This document shows positions 53,301 through 64,000 of a stretch of 64,000 nucleotides of DNA, piece after piece. Under the pieces are notes generated by a model. The model searched no databases. It was not told where the DNA came from and saw nothing but the letters and a program-made list of their open reading frames with translations. Positions within the stretch are counted from its first letter, which is position 1; the number at the start of each line of letters is the position of its first letter. This DNA comes from Pecten maximus. Lineage: Eukaryota. Location: the NCBI RefSeq assembly GCF_902652985.1, contig NC_047016.1, forward strand, positions 51,770,001 to 51,834,000, given 5' to 3'. The position numbers and the translations under genes are program-made.

Positions 53301-56300
53301 TGAAAGTGTCATCAGGACTCAGTGATTTTTTCATCCTTTTTTACAGGGGCCTGTACCTTTTCAATTGGGAAAATACAGCGGCATTTTTCCCCAATTGGGA
53401 AAATTTGGTGTTGGTTTTAAATGAAAAAAAAAGTCAATAACACGTCCATATATTTATTTATCTGTTAATTTTTCAACATTCATCTGGCCTAATGATTCTT
53501 AATAGCTATCTAAAGGGCCATTTTTCTTGTTTTTTGCCCCTTGAACATGTCCACCAAAGAGTCCAGGCCAGTTGTCATGTTTTTTCAATTTTCTTGAAGG
53601 ATGTGTCCCAAGTTTTATACCCTTTTGTAACAAATGGCTTACAACTCAAATGTGCACCAAAAATAAACAATTCTCAAACCATTCTCAGTACTTGCACATG
53701 TAGCCACATGTCACACTACTGTGATAAAGACAAGAGAAGGAAGATCCATATTTGGCAGCATTAAATGTTCATCTATCGACGCTGCTCCTCTTTTTTCCCG
53801 ATAAAGTTAATACCAGATTTTCGTCGCGGGTTACATGTACATTGACGTTTGCTACGGGTAAACATTCCGTCTGGACGGTTGATAAAACAGATTCAATGTT
53901 GGATGATGATTCATTGGTTGACGGGTTGTTTGGTATATCGCCGCCGGAAGACTTTTTGAAGAAGTCACTCACTTTCGTAAGGCCTTTCCTATCTTTTTGT
54001 CAGTCTTTTGACATAATACTTCGTGTTGTGCGACTCTTGTTTACATGATCTTAAACTTTCAAGCGCTTGTCATAGCATATGTGAGACACGTGTGCGATTA
54101 AAACACTCGATCGACACAGACTTTCGCGATGCGCTCGATTTGAAACATTGAGGAAAACGACATCGTTTCAGACACGGAAACAGAAAGCACGGGAATTTGC
54201 GTTATCGAACGCGACCAACATAGAACGAGAACACCGGCGTTGAAAATTTCTTGTGAAATACATTTTGGTCGGCATTTCTTTATACCAATTAATATGAAGG
54301 GATATTTTCTGAATGGGAAAATATGAGCAAGAAATTGGGAAAAAACAACAAAATTTCTCTAGGGGAAGGGGCCGAAATTCGGCCCCAAATCGACCCTAAA
54401 AAAATCACTGGGACTGGAATGTATCGCAAAAGTAAAGTGTTCAATAAATGACGAAAACATTCGTTCTCAACTACTGAAAACGGTCTCGAAATTGTTCCCA
54501 AGTTTGGCATGGAACATGTCTGAGTTTTAGCTGCCCAGAGATTGAAGTATTACAACTCTTCTGCTTGTTAATCTTGCTAGTTTGGACAATCTCTGATTCT
54601 GCTACAATACTGTGTTTTGGTCGTAGATATGTCGCTATATTGGTTGTATTACCGGTCTTGTAATTCACCTCCTCTTAAATTAACATTTATAAATGACACT
54701 CGCGTGACTCCTCGTAATGTAAATGACACTCACCCCCTCGTAACATAAATGACACTCACCTCCTCATAACATAAATGGTTTTGTCCTTTTCGTCTGAATC
54801 AGAACAAAACCCAAAATATTTCTACCCATTGCTTTTAAATGCAGCAGGGGGTTTCTTATCATAATTTGTGGTCTGTTTGCTTCACCCTGTACAGGTACTG
54901 CCATTTTGTTTGGGTTATATTAATTTCCGGAATGAATTAACATGAGCCTACCGTATTTGACCTAATAAGGGCGCCCCTACCTTTTTTAAAGGAAATAAAT
55001 CTTTGACCGAGTGTCAAAATGGTGTTCAAAAGTAATAATTCATGAGAAATGTTTTGCTACTTTATGTGTTCAATTTTCTTCAGCAAATTAAGTAACTGGA
55101 ACTCAAGTTTTCGCCATTATTATTGATAAATAACTTTTGTTCAGAACAGAAAGCTTGTAAAATACATTGTAAATCAATTATTAGCTCAAAGAAAACGATG
55201 TCTGATATGATCTGGGAAATCACCTGTGTCTATCAATAGAACACAAAAGAGTTCCATGTGAACATAAATGGTGGAACACATGTTCTCTGGTCTAAAGATC
55301 AGCTGGCATGGTTTACAAGTTTACAGGAATATTCAAGTGATGTTTAAGCTTAATATATGATAATGAATAGATATCTTCATCTGCAATATTTTTATGACTG
55401 AATATTTTAAATACCGTTTCCACAGCCTTGGGTATTCTGCTATAAGGTATAGTCTGTTTCATAAAACTTCAAAATAATTAATCTTAATAAGGGCGCCCCC
55501 ACTATCAATTACCCGCGCCAGGTGCCCTTATTAGGTCAAATACGGTATATGGAACCAAAGTTGTACAGTGAATTGAACCGTTGTAAAAAATCGCAGACCA
55601 ATGAACACTGCGGTTCATCGTTTCACCCCTATAGCTTTTACCTTATTTGCTTCAAAAATAAATTTGCTGATACAGCTTAATTCCTTGTTTACATGTAACT
55701 CCATCAATACATGTTAATGACTATCTATATTGTGTATACTGTAAGGTGACAACAGCTGAAAGCTTCATAATCATTACATATAGGTGCTGCATATTGATTA
55801 CAAATGTATGCATACCATTTATAATTTCTGAGAAACATTTTTAAACAACTTGTCAATGTTGGCAGTATCACACCTTAAGACTCACATCGTCTTCTCTGTT
55901 GCACCGAGACAAATAGTTTGAAATTCTATGAATGACTCAATTAAGCTGCCCATAGGGACCAGAGAATTTGTTGTAGTGTATGTTTTTGGACCTTTCCCAA
56001 CCTGTAAATAACACTATTAGATCTATGTTTTTTAGGGGGCTAGATCACCATACTGTAAAAATAACACCACTGTACGATGTAACATTGATGTTTAGACAGT
56101 ACATTTCCAGCTGACTGTAATATTAACTTTTTATAGTGACGAGACTTCATGACCACATGTGAACATCTTCCAAAAAAAAATGTTGAAGTGTTCACGTCTG
56201 GCACTGGAACATCTTACGCTACTGAGAAAGTAAAGTGACAGCAAACAAGAGGCCCGTATTGCTCACCTGCTTCTAATGCAACTTTGAAGTTGATCTAGGT

Positions 56301-59300
56301 CATTTATGTAGATCTTAAGCTGATTAACTCTTGATTCAAATATCTAGCTGATTCAGCTAGGTTTATTCATTCGAATTAATTTTGTAGCTCTTAATCCCAG
56401 CATGTTAAAGGTCCATTATCAGGTCTCTGGACCTCTTTTTTGAGAAGAAGTTGTTTAAAAGGGAAAAGTTGATGCCAGGTGGATGATGGATGTTTCACCA
56501 CGGCATTTAAGTTCACTATAGGGGGATGACGGATGTTTCACCACGGCATTTAAGTTCACTATAGGGGGATGACAGATGTTTCACCACAGCATTAGTTCAC
56601 TATAAGGTGCTGAAAGGGATTTTTTTAACATTGTTTAAGATGAAGAACTCTCACATTGAGTATATTACTGGCATATATCAAGAAGTTAAAATTTGTATCA
56701 AACATGTTTAATGGATTTGTAAATTGTAATAAAAAGACTCCTAACATGTAAGCTGTTTCCTGATGACCGTGTGCCTAAATCTGAAAAATTTCGGCCATCA
56801 GCAGTAGAAAATAAATATAAGAATACAACTTATTAACGGTTTGGAAACCTGGTTTCAGGAGTCGCTCCTTTTCTTTTTCATTTGTGCAAAAAATAAACAA
56901 TTTATTTCTGGTCTTCCTAAAGTATGCTACTGTAACAGCAAATTTATTTGTCCACTGCAGGAGGCTTCAGTATTACAGGGGCCATGGCGTACAAGCTAGA
57001 CAACTATAAAGAAATGCTCTGCAAATTCCGGACATCATGGGAATTAAGGCATGAAATAACTAGAAAATACTAATACTTTCTGTTGGCCTGGATGGGTTAA
57101 TGGTAAGAAAACAAGTACCCAGAGGAAATCACCCACATGGTCAATATTTTTACTATACCGTGTTAAGGCTTGGAATGTATAATTACCAATAATATTTGTA
57201 AGGAAGCTGATGGAGGTATGCTGGAGTCGAAATGTGTGTGGATTTAGAATTTTCGGAGAAAACACCTGTGATCAGACCAGGGAACCAATATATTTTTGTG
57301 TCTGACTGGACAATCCAATCCTTGTCACCTTGATGAAACCATTGCAAGTGGTATATCCACTAAGCAAACATACAACAATTTTGAGTAAAATAGAAGCAAA
57401 CTGCAATTGAACTAAATTTGACAAATATTATATCACAAAAGTGTATATTTTTACTACACCATGAGCAGGACCACACAGAGGTTTATCTCATCACCTTATC
57501 AACTAGAGCACCTGCATCTCACCTGATCTCTTCCCACGTGTACAGGCCGGAGTGGAAGATAACAGAATGACTGTGATAGCACAAGTGCGTGTGTAGTGTT
57601 GATAGTGCCACACATGCATGCATACGCATTCAGGCAGTCAACATAATTTTTTCTCCTTTATTTCGGATAAGTATGTTTGCATTGTTTTTGGTTGCAAATC
57701 ATTTAAGAAAGACTATCATCTTTCTTTCTTTTTCTTTTTGCTATGCAGTTTTTCTAATATCATCACAATAATTATCTGAAACTCAAATTTATTCTCAAAT
57801 TTAAACATTTCATTTTTATTTTGTCCAAAACTGCAAAAGTTATTGCCCATTACCTGAGGGAAAATTGAAGACAATCAGTTGCTGCCTTAGATGGATTGAT
57901 AGAAAAGAATAAAGGAAGTGGGACAGTAATGGATAAACAACCTCACCGTGATATTTGACACAACACAATCTAGAGCATATTTGGTCATGTGACTTGTTTT
58001 TAATATTCAAATCATCTTGGATTCAATATCGCAAAAAAAAAAAAAAAAAATCACCAGTTTAAAGAGATAGGATTTCTTACACTGACTGGTATTATAGGAA
58101 GTGTCATCTAGACATACAGCTTGATCGGTTCAAAAGTTATCGGTGACAATCACATCAAATTATTTTTGTTTGACCTTTGACCTTGTGATAAAGCCCACAG
58201 CAATCTGTAAAGGAAGCAAATTCTGTGCACATCATATTGACTATGTGGCACCATATTTTGTTCCTATTTTTCAGAATTATACCTTTCATCAACAGGGAAC
58301 AATTCCATTGGTGACAATATGTGATGTGCCATTTTTTGTAGTATACCAAATGAATTTTTACTGGACTAAAAAAAACCTGAAGGCATTAAATTTTATTTAC
58401 AGTTTTACTCTCTTGGAAAGTCTAACCCAGATTGTATTCATTTCACTAGCCCTAACAACAGTTGTTCTCGTCATCCTTGTCATTGAAAGCCTGTTTTCCT
58501 ATGTTTCACTGCCTTGCCAGGAACAGACCCCTGCAAGTACTACTGGATGCCAAACATTTCAATATTATACACAACATCAGTTCAAGGTCAAACTTCAGTG
58601 CCAAAGTAGCAAAGAAACTTGCCAAAATAGAGAACAAAACTAAACTATATCTGTTTCATGTGTTTGAATGCTCAATTCATTAAAACTGGAAAGAATCCCT
58701 GTAGCAATCTTTACAAACCCTGTTAAATGGTTTCAGACAGCTAAGTACAATTTTGCAAAATCTGTGTTTTAATACCAGACAACTGGTCCAACAGTAAAGA
58801 CAATTTTATCACATGAAAGCAAATTTAATCGGTCTTTGCCAATGTCGGAAAAACTTTTGGAATGGCTGTATCAGTTTTTCAATCATAACAATTATCACAT
58901 TTTGACATAATTTAGGCTTCGAGAGCATTTTACATGTCATTTGATACTTAAATGACATTTTAAATTTTTTTTTGCAAGAAAACAGTTAACTGTTTTAACA
59001 AAACTTTTATTCAGTTAAGAAATTAATCACCTTACTTTTGGCTGAATCATATGACAACTAAGAATTAGATGCAGCATCAAAAGCACCTGTTGATTGGGAC
59101 ATACTTTAACGAAAATAAAAATTTCTACTAATTTATGCATTACTCTCTCTAGCTAAATGAAGTTTTTTTTTCAAATGATGTTATGATGGGTTTTTTTTAT
59201 ACAGAATAACATCACAACATCATTTGAAAAAAAAAATCTTTTAAACAGTTTTTTTTATATAATGGGGTAATTTAATCGAATTAAAGTTAAAGATGCCTTT

Positions 59301-59972
59301 ATCTCATTTCAATATTTTTGTAAACAGCTTTATAGCATTTAAAATTATTACCCAACTATTTTAAAATTTGACACTACAATGGTATTTTGCTGCAATCTCA
59401 AACCATTATTTGAGATCATTGAAACGCATTAGCTAAACCGGTTTATAAATAGATTTGTTTCTGTGGTTTCACACTAAAAATCCATACGTGTATTAAATTA
59501 GCATTTCGAGGCGTGCGTATGCACGTTTGCATGGTTGTCACGTTGGCATGATCATGAATGAGCCTACACAAGGCTTGGCTCACAGGTAGGTAACAGGCCT
59601 AGCACACAGCTGACAACCACTGACCTAGAATGTCACCGCTGACCTCGTTCATGTGAGCGACGACGCACAAACATGCACGGTGCGGTTTGCGATCGCGCGC
59701 ATTTAGCAACGATAAAGTGTCAAATGGTGGAAGAAAAATCGATCAGAAAATCAATCTAAAACTATAGAGAAATTTGTTGTGGTTCCAGCAACCAGTTTCG
59801 ACCATCACGTCATGCGCGCACGCGTAATCTACATGCATGGCAAAGCAGATCACACCCAACACGAAGCAGACAACTTTTTGCCACTGACAGAGCGTAAATA
59901 AGGATATCAATAAATATACTTACTACAAATGTGTTGGGGCTTTGATTGCTTTCTTCTCGACGACTTCGGCAT
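33491..59972 (-). CDS. Multi-cluster C2H2 zinc-finger transcription factor (~1366 aa; 11 C2H2 plus a terminal C2HC finger) with N-terminal NuRD-interaction motif
   Basis: Exons 59924-59972 (inferred first exon, phase 1), 40395-41356, 39670-40053, 35330-37584, 34821-34969, 34149-34232 and 33491-33708. They total 4101 nt with a continuous frame and GT-AG boundaries. Features include HTGERPFKC linkers, finger pairs, a C-terminal 4-finger cluster, an acidic N-terminal region and a Pro/Ser-rich spacer. The link to the distal first exon is inferred. Confidence 0.8.
38070..38970. repeat. 38-39-bp minisatellite, ~22 copies, in a zinc-finger gene intron
   Basis: Unit agttctgtccctacagctccaggctatggccatagagta, containing the 12-bp palindrome CTATGGCCATAG. 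Confidence 0.95.
39152..39678 (-). repeat. 26-bp minisatellite = last 9 nt of a zinc-finger exon + 17 nt donor, ~20 copies
   Basis: The true junction is aagtgtgat|gtaagtattcccacaga. The copies read aagtgtggt|gtgagtattcacacaga. Confidence 0.95.
40176..40338. mobile_element. 163-bp MITE with 5-bp TSD (CAATT)
   Basis: CAATT|CAGGGCTTTTT ... AAAAAGCCCTG|CAATT. Confidence 0.8.
41542..41601. repeat. (AAG)n microsatellite, ~20 units
   Basis: Perfect aagaagaag run. Confidence 0.97.
43991..44054 (-). CDS. Candidate alternative proximal first coding exon of the zinc-finger gene: MSISPTSDNVRKNSTSHSSSS
   Basis: aaacATG start and CAG|GTAATC donor. Phase 1 is compatible with the acceptor at 41356. A GC/CpG-richer region lies immediately upstream (44200-45200). 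Confidence 0.45.
45319..45475. repeat. ~56-bp tandem repeat x3
   Basis: tgaaaatttctgtattggggttatgagttatctttataaataactttaacttgact repeated. Confidence 0.85.
48339..50797. mobile_element. 2.46-kb non-autonomous DNA transposon with TA TSD
   Basis: TA|CAGTACGCGTCAGGTGGTATGGT ... ACCATAACACCTGACGCGTACTG|TA. The subterminal motif taatccc(t/c)t(c/a)cactc is repeated at both ends. No long ORF. Confidence 0.85.
53320..54410. mobile_element. 1.09-kb DNA transposon derivative with 5-bp TSD (GGACT), nested in the hAT remnant
   Basis: GGACT|CAGTGATTTTTT ... AAAAAATCACTG|GGACT. It shares ggcccc / ttcccaatt subterminal motifs with the 40176 MITE. Confidence 0.8.
54951..55545. mobile_element. MITE family A copy 3 (internal deletion of ~115 bp)
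   Basis: Same TIRs and TA flanks. It is nested inside the hAT remnant. Confidence 0.93.
56485..56605. repeat. ~43-bp tandem repeat x3
   Basis: gatgtttcaccacggcatttaagttcactatagggggatgac repeated. Confidence 0.85.
59924..59972 (-). CDS. Distal first coding exon of the zinc-finger gene: MPKSSRRKQSKPQHIC
   Basis: caaaATG context and a consensus GTAAGT donor. Phase 1 matches the acceptor at 41356. The peptide matches the RRKQxKP motif, and the surroundings are CpG-enriched and promoter-like. Confidence 0.75.
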
Positions 59973-60599
59973 TTTGATTTGTGATGATGACAGATCTGAG
60001 GCACGAGGGAAGTGTTTAAGTCAGGTACACACACACACAGCTGAGTAAGCCTCGTCTCCCACCACCGTCGTCTTCTCCATGTTGTCAACTGCATGCTGGG
60101 ATTGTGTTAGCACGTGTGCACGAGACCGGATATTTCACGTATTGTCAGGTGCTTGCGTGAGAGAGTCAAGTTTACGGTATATATATACGTTAACTATCTA
60201 CCTGTGTAAGGCCTATGTGCTATGTTATACGCGTAAGCACTTGTCACACATATACAACCACATGGAGAACTCAGAAGGAAGCCAAGCAGGGTGAGTTTAT
60301 ATTCGATACCACACGTAAATAGAGACACGTGCATATATCGGCAGATCTGTCAGATTCTGAAGTTGAAAATTCTGCAATTGATGTGTTTTTCTTTTGAGAG
60401 TTATCAACCGAAATGGTAGGCATACTGAGTGAAAGTAAGTTAACGAGGCAATGGTGTCGGATGATGAAATAGTTCAACGTGGACGATTTGTTTTGTTTGG
60501 GAGGGGAACAGTGGGAATCTTGTTGTCTAGATGTTTACTAGTTTGTTGGTGGTGGGATTGGGCATACAGAGTTATTGTTAATTATTTACGTTTCTTGTT

Positions 60600-60905
60600 G
60601 GAGGGGGAAGGTTGAGGTTGGGCCTTTGGGGGGGGGGGGGGGGGGGGTGTTCTGGCTCAGGTGATGTGGATGAGGTAGGAAGGGGGGGTTGGGGGTTGGT
60701 TGGTTTAGCTCTGGTGATGTTAATGTATGTATATGGAGGGGTCAGGTGGGGGGAGGGGGGTTAGCTCTGGTGATGTTAATGTATGTATATGGAGGGGTCA
60801 GGTGGGGGGGGGGGGGGGGGGGGGGGGGGTTAGCTCTGGTGATGTTAATGTATGTATATATGGAGGGGTCAGGTGGGGGGAGGGGGGTTGTTCGGATGGG
60901 TGGTG
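60600..60905 (+). repeat. G-rich tract with 3 copies of a ~55-70-bp unit and poly-G runs
   Basis: ttagctctggtgatgttaatgtatgtatatggaggggtcaggtggggg x3, separated by G-runs. Confidence 0.85.
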
Positions 60906-62679
60906 GCCTCTTCGTAGTTGTAAACCATCAATACTGACAGAAAATGACTCGGAAACATATAACCACATTCCATTGGATTTTTTTCAAAGTTGTAGCATTT
61001 GAAATAATTGTATATTATTTGAAACAAGCCAGCACATTTTCTGCTTATTTAATCACTCTCAGCAATAGATAATGAATTATCAAGTAACCGGGTCCTGTTC
61101 TAGACCTTACCAATTTGATAGGGATCGGAAAGTAAAACTATTGCGACAGCAATTAATGCAATAAAACTGATGTGATCATGCAGCCCCACTCCTTGAGAAT
61201 AAAATGATTGATGCCTGTTAGCACCTTAAATGACCAATCCTGTCTTTTCACAGGATTAATCCTATTCTCTTCCCCGTCATATTGAAAACTACTCATTTTT
61301 GGAACTTCTGTGTGGATACAGTAACAGTACAAAGAAATCATAATATATATTACCATCACTTTATTGTTTTTTCCGTTAGTCACATGCGATCGAAATTGAA
61401 AGTCACGCATACAGTCACAGTCTAAGAATGCAGGATTTTGCACCATTTCTTATAAGGCACCCCCCCAGACCCCTCACCCTATTCCCTTCTGTCCCTTGTC
61501 TCCTTAACATCAAATCCTGGAAATTCAGACTTTTGATTTTTTTTTAAACTAAATACATAATGTTCTCTAAATGTACATGTGGTACCGACAGTCTTAGAAT
61601 ACAGGATTTTGCACCATTTTCGAAAGCTTCTTGGGGTCTTGACAGCTTTGCTGCAACAGTTATCCGTAGAACAGAATATCGTAGTGTAAATGGCACATTT
61701 CGGTTCGCTGTATTTTTTCTCGCATCTTGGTTTTCCAGAACAGGCTGTTTTTGGGTGATATCGCTTAAAACCAGTGACAGAAGCACTTTTGTCGAGTGAC
61801 TGTTTAGAATTTAAAGAACTGCCTGTTTCATTTAAATCACAAATTTGGAAATATTTTGGGTGTCTGTGTATCTGAAATAGATGGTGTTACATTGGCGGCG
61901 AAAGAAGTCACTATCTGTAGACACTGTAACAAAGATGTATGTCGTTCAAAACTGTAAATGCAAGCAACATTTCACATGAAACGCCATCACCCAGAAGTTG
62001 ATATTTCATCATGCATTAGTGCGGTGAAGGTTAAGACAGAAGGCAAGTTACTGAAGGTAGGCGTTGTGAGGGAAGCATATAGATACAGCACTACTCAACG
62101 GCCCCTGGACCCTTTACCATAATTTTCTGTCTCCACCCCACCCCACCCCCCCATCAAATCCTGGATCTTGCCCTAAATACCCCAACCCCACATGCACCAT
62201 ATTGATTACTCTTTATCTTAGTTGTAGTTATTGAATTACAGCTACAGTCCAAAGAGAATCTTATAATAAAGTTTGATTGAAAAACTGTCAAATTCCAAAA
62301 TGTCCAGGCCACCTATCAGCCATTCTGTTTTCCTGGTAAGTCTCAAAATTGAACTGGTAAAACTAGGCATTGAGGGAAACCTAAACATCAAGTCTCAGAA
62401 ATATCACTCCAGTACTCAAGAAATAACAATAACCAACTTTCATTGAGAGACGGGAAAACAGTCGCTATAGAGAGGTGGTCTTTATAGACGGGCCAAGAAG
62501 AAACCCAGGCTACCCTTCAATGCTATTATTTCTAGCCTGATAATTACACCTAAAACTTTTCACGGCCTGAGATCTGGGAAAGCGGTTGAAATGATACTGG
62601 GCTAATGCAGTACAATTTTGATCAAACACAGAAATAAACAAAAGTTACCAATAAACAGATGATGGAGGGAAACAACATA

Positions 62680-63869
62680 CAGTGGACCCGCGATAATCCG
62701 GACGCCGATAGTCCGGAAAACTCACAGTCTGGACGGAAATGCACGGGAACGGATTTCCGTAACGTTATTTGTACTCACCAGTCCGGAAATTCGGATTCCG
62801 ATTCCGGAAGCCCATTTTGGGAACGGAACATACTTTTCATTAGTAAATTTCCCTCAATAATCCGGACAATTTTTTCACCATGAGGAGAAAAAAATGTCGG
62901 GGCAAGTCACCCGTGTCGACAGCTGTACAGACTATCGCTTGACACTGTGCGTAGTCATAGCGACCGCTGCCAGGTCATAGCCCCGGGTGTTTACCTGTGT
63001 TACAATGTGTAGCTTTTGTTTTTATAACGGTACATTGCTTTTTCTCTACGATGTTACAGAATTTATGCACAAACATACAGTACGTGATACGATAATTAAT
63101 CAATCTCAAATACATGTAATAAATTTATGATCGGTAATTAACATCATTAACACTTGTATTGGGTAAACACGGATATCGGCCTTGTAACACCGTTACGTGA
63201 AACGACGACTCATTGAAAGATGCATGTTATTAATTACATACACATTTACGTATTAAGCAGTGATCACAAGAACTGGGTTGATTACACACAAATTAGTCAA
63301 TAGTCGTCTGATACTTAACTAAGTGTCACATTGTTAAGTGAATACGGGTTTAATAATTATCGGACATCTCGGGTAGTTCTCGCTAGTGTCGCGTACTTTT
63401 AAATAGATAGCTTGGGGTTTCTGGTACGTAAAAATCATAAAAAAAACATGGACTGACGGTAAGTTGTAAAATCCGGGTATTTTATTTAAGGTATTTAACG
63501 TTTGTAATTTCTACTTGTTTGTGAACCTCCGGGACGTGACACATGTATGTTGCTTGTAGGTCACATATGCCCGCTATAAATAAAACAACTTTCACTTTAC
63601 ATGTTCTTTTAAAAACATAGTTTATTTTTTACTTTCTACAAAACAAAACAAGAATCATATCAGAAACATAAGTATACATGTATTTATTGTTAAAAAGTCT
63701 GACAATTAGACGTGTTTATGAAACGTCCCGGATTGTATATAATCAAGGGAGATAACTCTTACACGACAATTTTTTTGACCTGGTACACGAAATTCGGCAG
63801 TCCGGGAAACTCGTAATCCGGACGGTTTGGACTGGGAACGAAGGTGTTCGGATTATCGAGGGTCCACTG
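62680..63869. mobile_element. Tigger/pogo-like MITE
   Basis: TA|CAGTGGACCCGCGATAATCCGGAC ... TTCGGATTATCGAGGGTCCACTG|TA, with multiple tccgga subterminal repeats. Confidence 0.9.
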
Positions 63870-64000
63870 TATACCTGACAGTAATATAAGTAATTTGATA
63901 ATTCTGACTTGTATGCCCCTAGTGTTGGGAATCGGTTGAATTTTTGTGATCGATCATCACTTGTGTGTAACCAATCGATGATCGATTAAAATCGATTAAT

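Larger units (their letters stand above)
53146..55631 (-). mobile_element. Decayed hAT (ZBED1/Ac-like) element containing two nested insertions
   Basis: Termini TAGGGGTGATGCGAT ... ATCGTTTCACCCCTA. Minus-strand transposase relics: PAAFKSNG*KYFGF (~54800-54850), YKTGNTTNIATYLRPKH (BED finger-like) and RPFSVVENECFRHLLNTL. No clear 8-bp TSD. Confidence 0.7.

Noticed and set aside
58143-58643. 166-aa ORF
   Set aside because: No ATG start, no recognisable domain, and it overlaps repeat-like tgacctttgacctt sequence.
33491-59972. Assigning the zinc-finger gene to SALL, HIVEP/schnurri, ZNF236, ZNF827 or REST
   Set aside because: There are only partial resemblances and the diagnostic finger sequences are not matched, so the symbol is left blank.

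Overview
AT-rich, intron-rich animal genomic DNA, probably a bivalve mollusc or other lophotrochozoan (inferred from repeat content and composition). It is not prokaryotic and has no CRISPR array. Three protein-coding genes were assembled by hand from splice sites and phase continuity. (1) PHF14, minus strand, ATG at 19630, with 20 coding exons in the window; it runs off the left edge. (2) An NDUFA4/COXFA4-like gene, plus strand, 19942-23443, 4 exons including a GC-AG intron, head-to-head with PHF14. (3) A ~1366-aa protein with 12 zinc fingers, minus strand, stop at 33491. Its likely distal first exon (59924-59972) encodes a SALL/FOG-type NuRD-binding motif (MPKSSRRKQSKPQHI), and a candidate alternative first exon at 43991-44054 lacks it. 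The most unusual structure is a recurring class of minisatellites whose unit is the 3' end of an exon plus its 5' splice donor, repeated into the downstream intron. It occurs at PHF14 exons 14, 19 and 20 and at one zinc-finger exon, with a related one-off copy at PHF14 exon 8. The window also holds TA-flanked Tc1/mariner-pogo-like MITEs, elements with 5-bp target-site duplications (TSDs), and a triple-nested transposon. Most ORFs in the supplied track are repeat artefacts or antisense shadows.
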